Program-made: the position numbers and the translations under genes
The notes under the pieces: model-generated
Told to the model about the DNA's origin: nothing
What the model saw: the letters and a program-made list of their open reading frames with translations, nothing else
The model's database searches: none
Shown: one piece after another, positions 8,901 through 15,260 of the stretch
Numbering within the stretch: the stretch's first letter is position 1
Layout of the letters: the number at the start of each line of letters is the position of its first letter
DNA from: an uncultured Eubacteriales bacterium
Lineage (GTDB): Bacteria; Bacillota; Clostridia; TANB77; UBA1234
DNA: 27,551 bases
Direction of reading: 5' to 3'
Assembly: GCA_964602275.1 (NCBI GenBank)
Contig: CAZRQF010000010.1
Coordinates: 1 to 27,551 of the forward strand

Positions 8901-11900
8901 TTTTGCTGTAACTATTAATTTAGCTTCTTTGCTAGCATTTATGTTATTACTATAACTATATTCAAAATCTTCCGCTCCTAATGTCGTATTAGTTCCTTTT
9001 GGTATTGGCACTGTTACCGTTGGTGTTGGTTTCTTTTCTTTTCCATCGTATACAAATTCTTCAATCGTACCTATGGTTGCATTGCTTAAATCATATTTTT
9101 TTATTGTCCAAGGTATTTCTTTTTTTTCCGTAGAACCATCTTTCCATTTGTAATTCTCTGGGTCTTTTAATGATATAGTTATATTTTCTGTGCCTGCATC
9201 TTTTCTCTTATTATTGTCTATTTGCATAGTATTATCATCAACACCTGTAACATTAGCAGTTTGCTCTTCTCCATTATATATGTAATCATCTTTATTTTCT
9301 AATTTCGGCACATCTAGAGTCGCCTTATCAACTGTTGCTGTTACATTTGAACCATCTGTTATATCTACAAATGTATTAGTTGTATAGTTTGTTCTAGTTG
9401 CTATTACCGTTACGCCTATATATTTTCCTACAAGTCCACTTCCTATTGTATAAGTCTTGCTTGTTGCACCATTTATGATTGTTCCGCTTGTTGCGGTGCT
9501 ACTCGTTGAATACCACCATTGATATGTAAGCGTACAATCACTTGGATTTATGGCGGATGTATCCAAACTTAAAGTTTGTCCATATGTATTTGTACCTTTT
9601 ATCGTTACGCTTCCACTAATTTCTGAACTAATAACATTAAATTCAACAGGTGCTGTTGTTGCTCCTTTATAATTTGTAGTTTCTCCAACTACTGCATACA
9701 TATAATATTTTCCTACATTTAGATATGTCGAACTTGTTACATTGCTCCATGGAGTTCCACCACTATTTGAGTTTGTAGTATTGTAATAATATGTTTCTGT
9801 TCCATTTCCTGTATTTCCCGAAATAGTTGGTGTCGATTTTGTTCCTCCATATGTATAGTTACTCATGCCTACTGTTGGGTTAATTGTTGCTTTGCTTACT
9901 GTTGCAGTTTTATTGTTTGTCGCATCTGTTATATCTGTAAATGTTTTTGTTGTATAGTTCGTTCTAGTTGCTGTTACTGTTACGCCTATATATTTTCCTA
10001 CAAGTCCACTTTCTATTGTATAAGTCTTACTTGTTGCACCATTTATATTTGTTCCGCTTGTTGCTGTACTACTTTCTGAATACCACCATTGATATTTTAA
10101 TGTACAATCGCTTGGTTCTATAGCGGATGTATCCAAACTTAAAGTTTGTCCATATGTATTTGTACCTTTTATCGTTACGCTTCCACTAATTTCTGAACTA
10201 ATAACATTAAATTCAACAGGTGCTGTTGTTGCTCCTTTATAATTTGTAGTTTCTCCAACTACTGCATACATATAATATTTTCCTACATTTAGATATGTCG
10301 AACTTGTTACATTGCTCCATGGAGTTCCACCACTATTTGAGTTTGTAGTATTGTAATAATATGTTTCTGTTCCATTTCCTGTATTCCCCGAAATAGTTGG
10401 TTCTGCTTTTGTTCCTCCATATGTATAATCACTCATGCTCACTGTTGGATTAATTGTTGCTTTACTTCCTATTGTAACTGTACATACAGCTGATGCCTCT
10501 GTGTAGTTTTTTGAAGCTCCCGCTGTTACTTTTATCGTTACACTTGTGTTTATTGCAAGCGTACTTAAATTTGATACTGTAACTGTAGTTCCACTTATTC
10601 CCACAGTTGCTACTGTTGTTGTAGTTTGTTCTGCATCAAGTGTTGCTCCACTATGATAAGCAGTTACATTAATCGATGTGCTACTTGTTCCATAAGGCAA
10701 ACTAACCGACATTGGACTTAATGTAATATATCCTGCTGCCTGTTTAACTTTAAATTCAGCTGTTGCCGTTGTTGTTCCTTTGTAGTTAGTTGTTTCCGCA
10801 ACTGTTGCATACATATAATATGTACCTGCATTTAATGATGTTGAACTTGTTACATTGCTCCAAAGAGTTCCACCGCCATTTGAGTTTGTAGTATTGTAAT
10901 AATATGTTACCGTACCATTACCTGAATTTCCTGAAATAGTTGGTGTCGATTTTGTTCCTCCATATGTATAGTCACTCATACTTACTGTTGGATTAATTGT
11001 TGCTTTACTTACCGTTAAATCATACTTTGCTGTTTTTGTTGCATAAACATATTGTGCAGTATCTTCTACCGTTGCAGTTATTGTTGCATTTCCTACGCCA
11101 ACAATTGTTACCTTTCCTGTGCTGCTATCTACTGTCGCCACATTTGCATTTGAAGATGTATATTTTACCGTGCCATCTCCTGTGTTGGTTAGCGGATTTA
11201 CAAAAGCTAAATCTCCATATGCTTTGCTTACTTTTGTTGTTGCATAACTTATGCTTGCTGATATTTGAACACCATAACCGCAAGTATCACATTTTCCGTC
11301 TGAATTACTATCTTTGTGATTTTCTTTATTATAAGTAGTTGCACCACAAACCGTACATACTTTCCAGTGATTTGTTTCATCCATTTTCCAACTAGATGAA
11401 GTATGCCCTAATGCATCACCATATGTATATGTTTCTGTTCCTTTTGCTGTACATCCCTCTCTACTACATCTGTAATAATACACGGCTGCCTCTGTACAAG
11501 TTGCACTACTTTTTAAATAGGTTGATGATGTATCTTTTGTTGTAAAACTATGTCCTACCGCATTCCATATTATAGCTCCACATCTTGTACATGTCTGTGG
11601 TGTTGTACAAGTAGCAGCTGCACCGTTAATATGACCTAACGCTGCAATTGTTTCGCCATCTGTAGCTCCACAAATAGTACATGCTTTTTGCTTATACCCC
11701 TGTTCTTCACAAGTTGGTTCTGTTATAGTTGCATATGAACCGTAATTATGTAAGCATGAGTAACCACAAATTTTACATTTGTGATCATCAAGCCATGTAT
11801 GATTTTCTGTTGAATCAGTTTCTTCTTTCGAACAACTACTACATGTACGCACAGGCGTATGTGTTGTTTCTGTTGTTTCATATGTAGTAGTCCAATTATG

Positions 11901-12896
11901 TTGATGCGGATCTTCATAAGTAAGAATTATTTGTCCATATTCATATTTGCCTTCTGTGCTCGCTACCGTTACTCCATCCGTCGCTCCTCTTACTCCATCA
12001 TATATATAGTCATATCCATTTGAATTCAATGCGCAATATAAATATGCATATGATGGTAGTGTCCTTGCAATCGACCTTGATGTACCAGATGCCGCAACCC
12101 ATGTGTTATATGTAGTTGGGCTACTTGGTATTGAAACTGAATATGTCTGATTTGCATCAAGCCTTGAATTAGCATCGGAATTCAGAGAGTCATACATACC
12201 AATCATTGCTAATGTTCCACTCGCACCTGCCGTACTACCGCTAATATCATAATATCCAACATATATTGGAGCTGATGTAAAATCAGTCTTATAATGTATA
12301 TATGCTCTTGTTACTCCTGCTGGAATACTATCTGTAAATTTAAGTTGCCTTGGTGTTCCGCTATCACTTTTGCTTATACCCGTTGCTGTTATCGTTACTG
12401 TTAAAGCTGTACTTCTTTCGTTTTTTACAATACAAATCTCAGTTTCATCATCAGACTTATCTGATATAGGTGATATGTACCCTTTCTCATATCCACAATA
12501 TGTACATATATCATCTACGAAATTATGATTTTGTATTATTTGATATGCACAATATTTACAATCACCTTGACACTCAGTATCATTCTTTGCCACATACACC
12601 ATACTATGTGGCGAACTACTACTCATTACATATCCACATACACATGTTCTCTTATGCCCAGATGCTCCCAAATTCTCAAAAAATGCTGGATAGTGTCCTT
12701 CTAGTGTAACGGCCGTAACATTACACTTTCCACATGTATAATTTACCTGGTGCGAACTACTCGTAATATCTGAATAAGTTACAACTAAAGGCCTATTACA
12801 AGCACCACATGTTGCAGCCTCCACTCTGCCGCCAAATCCAATTATAATTGTCGCTATTATTAAAATCATGCTAAATAACATTGCTTTATTTTTCAT
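5934..12896 (-). CDS. Giant secreted 2320-aa adhesin-like protein: Cys/His mini-modules, MBG/YDG-like and Ig-like repeats, parallel beta-helix, unassigned C-terminal ~400 aa
   Basis: The ORF track extends to 13055, but the ATG at 12896 (MKNKAMLFSMILIIATIIIGFGGRVEA, a typical signal peptide) lies 7 nt after GGAGGG. Cys modules occupy ~12480-12830 and ~11275-11910. Big_2-like strings include VKYTSSNANVATVDSSTGKVTIVGVGNATITA. MBG/YDG-like units include KATINPTVSMSDYTYGGTK...AGTYYMYATV and EEFVYDGKEKKPTPTVTV...NYTGSTSKKFEI. Glycine/asparagine-rich beta-helix rungs at ~7400-8575 include GNVTANGNISAVRGVLVKGNATATISGGTISA. An Ig-like domain at ~7125-7400 carries the DGNMYRCIVSN motif. TAG stop at 5934-5936. 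Confidence 0.85.
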   Translation of the reverse strand: MKNKAMLFSMILIIATIIIGFGGRVEAATCGACNRPLVVTYSDITSSSHQVNYTCGKCNVTAVTLEGHYPAFFENLGASGHKRTCVCGYVMSSSSPHSMVYVAKNDTECQGDCKYCAYQIIQNHNFVDDICTYCGYEKGYISPISDKSDDETEICIVKNERSTALTVTITATGISKSDSGTPRQLKFTDSIPAGVTRAYIHYKTDFTSAPIYVGYYDISGSTAGASGTLAMIGMYDSLNSDANSRLDANQTYSVSIPSSPTTYNTWVAASGTSRSIARTLPSYAYLYCALNSNGYDYIYDGVRGATDGVTVASTEGKYEYGQIILTYEDPHQHNWTTTYETTETTHTPVRTCSSCSKEETDSTENHTWLDDHKCKICGYSCLHNYGSYATITEPTCEEQGYKQKACTICGATDGETIAALGHINGAAATCTTPQTCTRCGAIIWNAVGHSFTTKDTSSTYLKSSATCTEAAVYYYRCSREGCTAKGTETYTYGDALGHTSSSWKMDETNHWKVCTVCGATTYNKENHKDSNSDGKCDTCGYGVQISASISYATTKVSKAYGDLAFVNPLTNTGDGTVKYTSSNANVATVDSSTGKVTIVGVGNATITATVEDTAQYVYATKTAKYDLTVSKATINPTVSMSDYTYGGTKSTPTISGNSGNGTVTYYYNTTNSNGGGTLWSNVTSSTSLNAGTYYMYATVAETTNYKGTTTATAEFKVKQAAGYITLSPMSVSLPYGTSSTSINVTAYHSGATLDAEQTTTTVATVGISGTTVTVSNLSTLAINTSVTIKVTAGASKNYTEASAVCTVTIGSKATINPTVSMSDYTYGGTKAEPTISGNTGNGTETYYYNTTNSNSGGTPWSNVTSSTYLNVGKYYMYAVVGETTNYKGATTAPVEFNVISSEISGSVTIKGTNTYGQTLSLDTSAIEPSDCTLKYQWWYSESSTATSGTNINGATSKTYTIESGLVGKYIGVTVTATRTNYTTKTFTDITDATNNKTATVSKATINPTVGMSNYTYGGTKSTPTISGNTGNGTETYYYNTTNSNSGGTPWSNVTSSTYLNVGKYYMYAVVGETTNYKGATTAPVEFNVISSEISGSVTIKGTNTYGQTLSLDTSAINPSDCTLTYQWWYSTSSTATSGTIINGATSKTYTIGSGLVGKYIGVTVIATRTNYTTNTFVDITDGSNVTATVDKATLDVPKLENKDDYIYNGEEQTANVTGVDDNTMQIDNNKRKDAGTENITISLKDPENYKWKDGSTEKKEIPWTIKKYDLSNATIGTIEEFVYDGKEKKPTPTVTVPIPKGTNTTLGAEDFEYSYSNNINASKEAKLIVTAKSTSKNYTGSTSKKFEISRADATITITSSANQSVMENETINVTYSYNGDGTVTAKSSDKNIAISSVDSTKNQIIVTGKNAGKVKITVTASQGTNYNEASTEFEVTVIASNYMIKRNSEENYYETLQQAFDAALTLETVVVRKDVSAEKSAQVPTNKTVTLDTGSHYITLAENAGIEIPTTSKLIICGNGTIKKTANPSTTLILNKGTLEVNGTPTLTNIYNYVLDNLGTATFTGGTVRGAKPIHVRGEASSEVIVNGSNVNIIAENYMEAEHGAITLEGNSKLEFVNGNVTANGNISAVRGVLVKGNATATISGGTISATSTSATNQGDAIGVFTTGEVTIKSENLLTGSRAGVALLDGNTGNVNIFGGTIVGGQVGILNNSTAKVTIGNKADDVVITTKPIIRGEKIAYISLKATSKLEFYDGVLQSAGRKNVIYQDVIDISSNVISDLNINQIEANVKNTHKLYFATGTIEPVYQEGYDIHLSTQVINGKTYDIGYLRVYTAPIVNGPQNVTLRIGESTTFTITVIGGVPSKYTFKWQTSIDGGKKWTDIVGETSDSYKTPIATADMDGNMYRCIVSNGIFNVKSREVTLTIDEKDLYEFPVDIVPIGRFTFISDNVISTVNGKDAVELELVVKSTSPLKYLKLNNENIDLTKNEAQNILNATIKKTKYVEIKNTVGEVAEYAYSFYVVVSKNGIYTAEFKDDNGYSSNVTQTIDTFNTEALTVEYSVQEPTLYRKYSVVTFIANRDVKFVSPEAFESQMTKNSSNEYVKKYTLNVYSDLTDVTFSFKDKSGYMASVKVSTTQSVSKNVRFTSDNTSLGALSINDAYVLSKNLSGKVELGEDNKLQYRYGISSTQSDMFMSRARDVGAAVMLSNATTAKSYDAVLPQNIEGIGTSKLSRYGISKIENEYVAAFNANATGTTLSMANAKYVDILKGARLNLYKGLTITDFNIGSTASPYVMMSSENTGSNVDNTASSNSSFRVTIINK
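9324..10463 (-). repeat. In-frame 570-bp tandem duplication (2 copies, 190 aa each) inside the giant gene, with a diverged partial third copy at ~10750-11006
   Basis: The Lys codon that opens KATINPTV recurs at 10461-10463 and 9891-9893, giving a 570-bp period. A 263-bp core (9553-9815 vs 10123-10385) is 100% identical. The flanks of each copy carry scattered substitutions. Confidence 0.95.
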
Positions 12897-13155
12897 CAAA
12901 TTCCCTCCAAATTGGTTTTCCTTTTGTTTAAAATTTTCATAGTCGTCAAGCATTTCTTCTCGTACTTTTTCTTTCCATCGCCTAAAGATGCGACTACCGC
13001 CCGCATGATTGCCACTTACACGCTTCGGCACCGAACTATTATTTACATCCCACATAATCGCATCTCACACCCTTTCCCAATTTGAAATTTTAAAACTTAC
13101 ATTGCTTTTGTCTTTCAAAACATAAGCAATACTATCTACACTTTTTGTCTTATCT
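12897..13155 (-). promoter_or_regulatory. Long (~260 nt) GC-enriched 5' leader of the giant-protein operon; candidate structured cis-regulatory RNA, class not identified
   Basis: This is the distance from the predicted -10 (13162-13167) to the RBS-supported ATG at 12896. Lines 12961-13020 and 13021-13080 are 48% and 47% GC by hand count, against ~27% in a typical coding line here. In the minus-strand RNA, UCGCAUC (12993-12987) can pair either with distal GAUGCGA (13064-13058) or with proximal AUGCG (13006-13002). A further hairpin is AUUGCUU/AAGCAAU (13101-13130). Confidence 0.35.
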
Positions 13156-13161
13156 TATCGA

Positions 13162-13190
13162 ATTATATCTTTTTAGAAAACAATTGTCCA
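13162..13190 (-). promoter_or_regulatory. Sigma-A-type promoter of the giant-protein operon
   Basis: The minus strand reads TGGACA (13190-13185), a 17-nt spacer, then TATAAT (13167-13162). That is one mismatch in the -35, a perfect -10 and optimal spacing. Confidence 0.65.
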
Positions 13191-13436
13191 CGCACCCGCA
13201 CGCACGCATATATAATATTAGAAGCAAATTAAACAAAAAGCATGCCAAAAGCGTTTACGGAAGCAATTTTCAAAAGAAAAGCTATTCACACATTATAGCT
13301 AAATGTTAAATTTATTTTACAAATATGTTACGAAAATGTTACAAAATTAGCTCGATTATTCCATTAAAAACACCAAACTTGCCATTCCGTAATCTCCTAC
13401 TTTCATTTTACATCTCACATAACTTTCTATCTATGC

Positions 13437-13469
13437 AAAAAAACTGGCACAAGTTCCTACTTGTACCAG
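13437..13469 (-). terminator. Rho-independent terminator after the yhaN-like gene
   Basis: An 11-bp stem pairs 13444-13454 with 13459-13469 around a 4-nt loop. It has one G-U pair on the minus strand. A run of 7 T follows on the minus strand (A-run 13437-13443 on plus). It begins ~30 nt after the stop at 13501. Confidence 0.8.
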
Positions 13470-13500
13470 TTTTGGCATATTTTATTAATTTGTTTTACTA

Positions 13501-15249
13501 TTACATTTTTATTAAATTATATTCTATTTTCAACTCATCTAATATTGCTTTTTCTCTGTCGCTACATGTAAACATTATTATTTGTTTTTCTTTTGAGATA
13601 TTGTTTAATGTTTGCATTATGTTTTTTAGTCGCTCGTCATCATAATAAGCAAATGCTTCATCTAGTATAATTGGCAAGTTTGATAGTTTGTTTAATATTG
13701 CAAGTCTAAAGCCAAGATATATTTGATCAATAGTTCCTGCACTTAACTTTTCTATTGATGTTATATCTCCAAATTTATTTTCTATTACTATGCCATTTAT
13801 TCCGTTGTACTTTACATTTGTATATTCTCCATTAGTTGTTTGTGCAACACTTTTTTGTATCTCCAAAGTAATCCCTGGAACTATTCTAGACTTTAATTCT
13901 TCATATGACTTTTCAAAAACTTCTAAAGCTAATTTTAAGCTTGCTTCTTTTTCAGTAATTTGATTTTGCTTTTCGTTAAGACTTTCTATTTCTTCTTCTA
14001 GTTCATTTAACTTGTTTACACCATTTTCTAATGTATCTTCTTCTATTTTCAATTTATGAGATTGCAATATATAATCTGTCTTAGTTTTTTCATATCCATC
14101 TATTAAAGTCTTTAGTTCCGTAAGTTTTCTTTCTATTATGCTCTTTTTTATGCCTTTAGTTTCTAGTTGTTGTAATTCTTTATTTTCTTTTTTCTTTAAA
14201 TCTTCTACTACTAAATCAAATTGATTAGTATCGACATTTGGTTGCGTTGCACTCGCTTTTTTAAAATTATTTATTGCAAGTAGAATTATTACAGGCAATA
14301 TTGAAACTAGTATTAAATAATTTTTAAAAATAATAGTCAATATAATTTCTATTATAGCAATCAAAGCCATTATGATATTAACTTTTTTCTTAGCAAGTTT
14401 TTCTTTTTTTTCGTTTTCCATAGCTTGCTTTTCAATAACTTTTTGTTCTGCATCATATATGTTTCGTTTCTCGTGTAAAAGATTTTGGTATTTTTCTTTA
14501 ATAGTGCAAACTTCGTTCATATTATTTATTTCTTTAGTTATTTCATCTAACTTACTTTCAATCTTTTTTATTTCACTTTCTATGATTTCCTGTCTTTCAC
14601 GCTTATGCAAAAGTTGCTCTCTTTGTATCTTTTTTAATGCCAACTCCCTATTTACAATGTTCTTAGGTTTGCTCTGCGTTCTATCTGTCCCCACCTCATC
14701 AAACAATATTTTTTCTAGTTTTTTAGTTACATTTTCATAAGATACATTTTCATCTCCCGATTGAATCATATTGGTTAATTTTTGTATAATATTTTTTTGC
14801 GAATTTATATCTACATCAATGTTCTTTTGTGTTATGAATGCTGTGTTTTCAAAAGTTTCTTCGTCCACCTCAAACTGTTCACTACCTATGATTACTCCTC
14901 TACTTTTATCTTTTGCAAAGTTATTAGTTATATCAACGCCAGTTGCATCAAATATTTTTGTACTGTTTTTATTAAAATCTCTATATACACTATAAACATT
15001 TCCACATGCTTCATACTCTGCTTTTCCACTAAACTCACTTTCTTGCCAAGGCTTATACCTTTCAACCTCAGAAAAAATGTTGCCTGCTTTATTTTTATTA
15101 ATGCCATAAAACATTGCCTTAATGAAACCCATTAATGTAGACTTACCAGATTCGTTTGAACCAACAATTAAATTTAAACCATCTACAAATTCTATATTTT
15201 TATTTTCTAATTTTCCAAACCCATTAACTTGAATATTTTTTAGTTTCAT
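13501..15249 (-). CDS. yhaN: SbcC/Rad50-like AAA ATPase of the YhaN (SbcE) type, with a central transmembrane hairpin
   Basis: The N-terminus MKLKNIQVNGFGKL...LIVGSNESGKSTL contains a Walker A motif. Long Lys/Glu-rich coiled-coil segments follow. The C-terminus has LSAGTIDQIYLGFRLA (signature motif) and PIILDEAFAYYD (Walker B). A hydrophobic hairpin VNIIMALIAIIEIILTIIF...LILVSILPVIILLAI spans aa 290-328. ATG lies 5 nt after AGGGAGG, 11 nt after the upstream stop. Confidence 0.8.
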   Translation of the reverse strand: MKLKNIQVNGFGKLENKNIEFVDGLNLIVGSNESGKSTLMGFIKAMFYGINKNKAGNIFSEVERYKPWQESEFSGKAEYEACGNVYSVYRDFNKNSTKIFDATGVDITNNFAKDKSRGVIIGSEQFEVDEETFENTAFITQKNIDVDINSQKNIIQKLTNMIQSGDENVSYENVTKKLEKILFDEVGTDRTQSKPKNIVNRELALKKIQREQLLHKRERQEIIESEIKKIESKLDEITKEINNMNEVCTIKEKYQNLLHEKRNIYDAEQKVIEKQAMENEKKEKLAKKKVNIIMALIAIIEIILTIIFKNYLILVSILPVIILLAINNFKKASATQPNVDTNQFDLVVEDLKKKENKELQQLETKGIKKSIIERKLTELKTLIDGYEKTKTDYILQSHKLKIEEDTLENGVNKLNELEEEIESLNEKQNQITEKEASLKLALEVFEKSYEELKSRIVPGITLEIQKSVAQTTNGEYTNVKYNGINGIVIENKFGDITSIEKLSAGTIDQIYLGFRLAILNKLSNLPIILDEAFAYYDDERLKNIMQTLNNISKEKQIIMFTCSDREKAILDELKIEYNLIKM

Positions 15250-15260
15250 AAATGCCTCCC

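Noticed and set aside
3591-10463. The tandem repeats considered as a CRISPR array, or as template/variable repeats of a diversity-generating retroelement.
   Set aside because: The repeats are contiguous with no spacers. They are in frame and encode whole protein modules. No cas genes or reverse transcriptase are present. The differences between copies are not restricted to adenine positions.
6325-12709. Plus-strand ORFs inside the giant gene (6325..6522, 6922..7227, 8523..8819, 10997..11338, 12470..12709). One nested minus-strand ORF in another frame also occurs (11723..11917).
   Set aside because: The plus-strand ORFs are antisense to the giant CDS. The nested minus-strand ORF is an off-frame product within it. 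None has translation signals, and their composition is typical of AT-rich shadow frames.
12897-13055. A 53-codon N-terminal extension of the giant ORF (track start at 13055, MWDVNNSSVPKRVSG...).
   Set aside because: No Shine-Dalgarno precedes 13055. The ATG at 12896 has GGAGGG at ideal spacing and starts a textbook signal peptide. The extension is hydrophilic and would bury the signal peptide. The open frame is more likely a coincidence within a GC-richer leader.
13043-13063. A six-codon upstream ORF in the leader (minus strand ATG CGA TTA TGT GGG ATG TAA, giving MRLCGM).
   Set aside because: It has only a weak purine-rich stretch (AAGGG) upstream. At this length it is indistinguishable from chance without conservation data.
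12897-13155. The leader considered as a c-di-GMP-I or c-di-GMP-II riboswitch, by analogy with clostridial adhesin and pilin genes.
   Set aside because: I could not find the conserved core strings of either class as I remember them (the ACGCAAAGC-type segment of class I, or the UGGGCAC...GUGCAACCGACC segments of class II). It is kept only as an unclassified candidate pending an Rfam/Infernal scan.
13101-13283. A possible invertible (phase-variable) promoter: T-rich imperfect inverted repeats GCTTTTGTCTTTCAAAA (13104-13120) and TTTTCAAAAGAAAAGC (13267-13282) flank the promoter.
   Set aside because: Only about 13 of 17 positions match, and that requires an indel. The sequence is low-complexity T/A. 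No recombinase gene is nearby. The evidence is too weak to call.
13325-13645. A 106-aa plus-strand ORF spanning the intergenic region and the 3' end of yhaN.
   Set aside because: It runs through the yhaN terminator hairpin and into the antisense of yhaN. It has no RBS and its translation is low-complexity.
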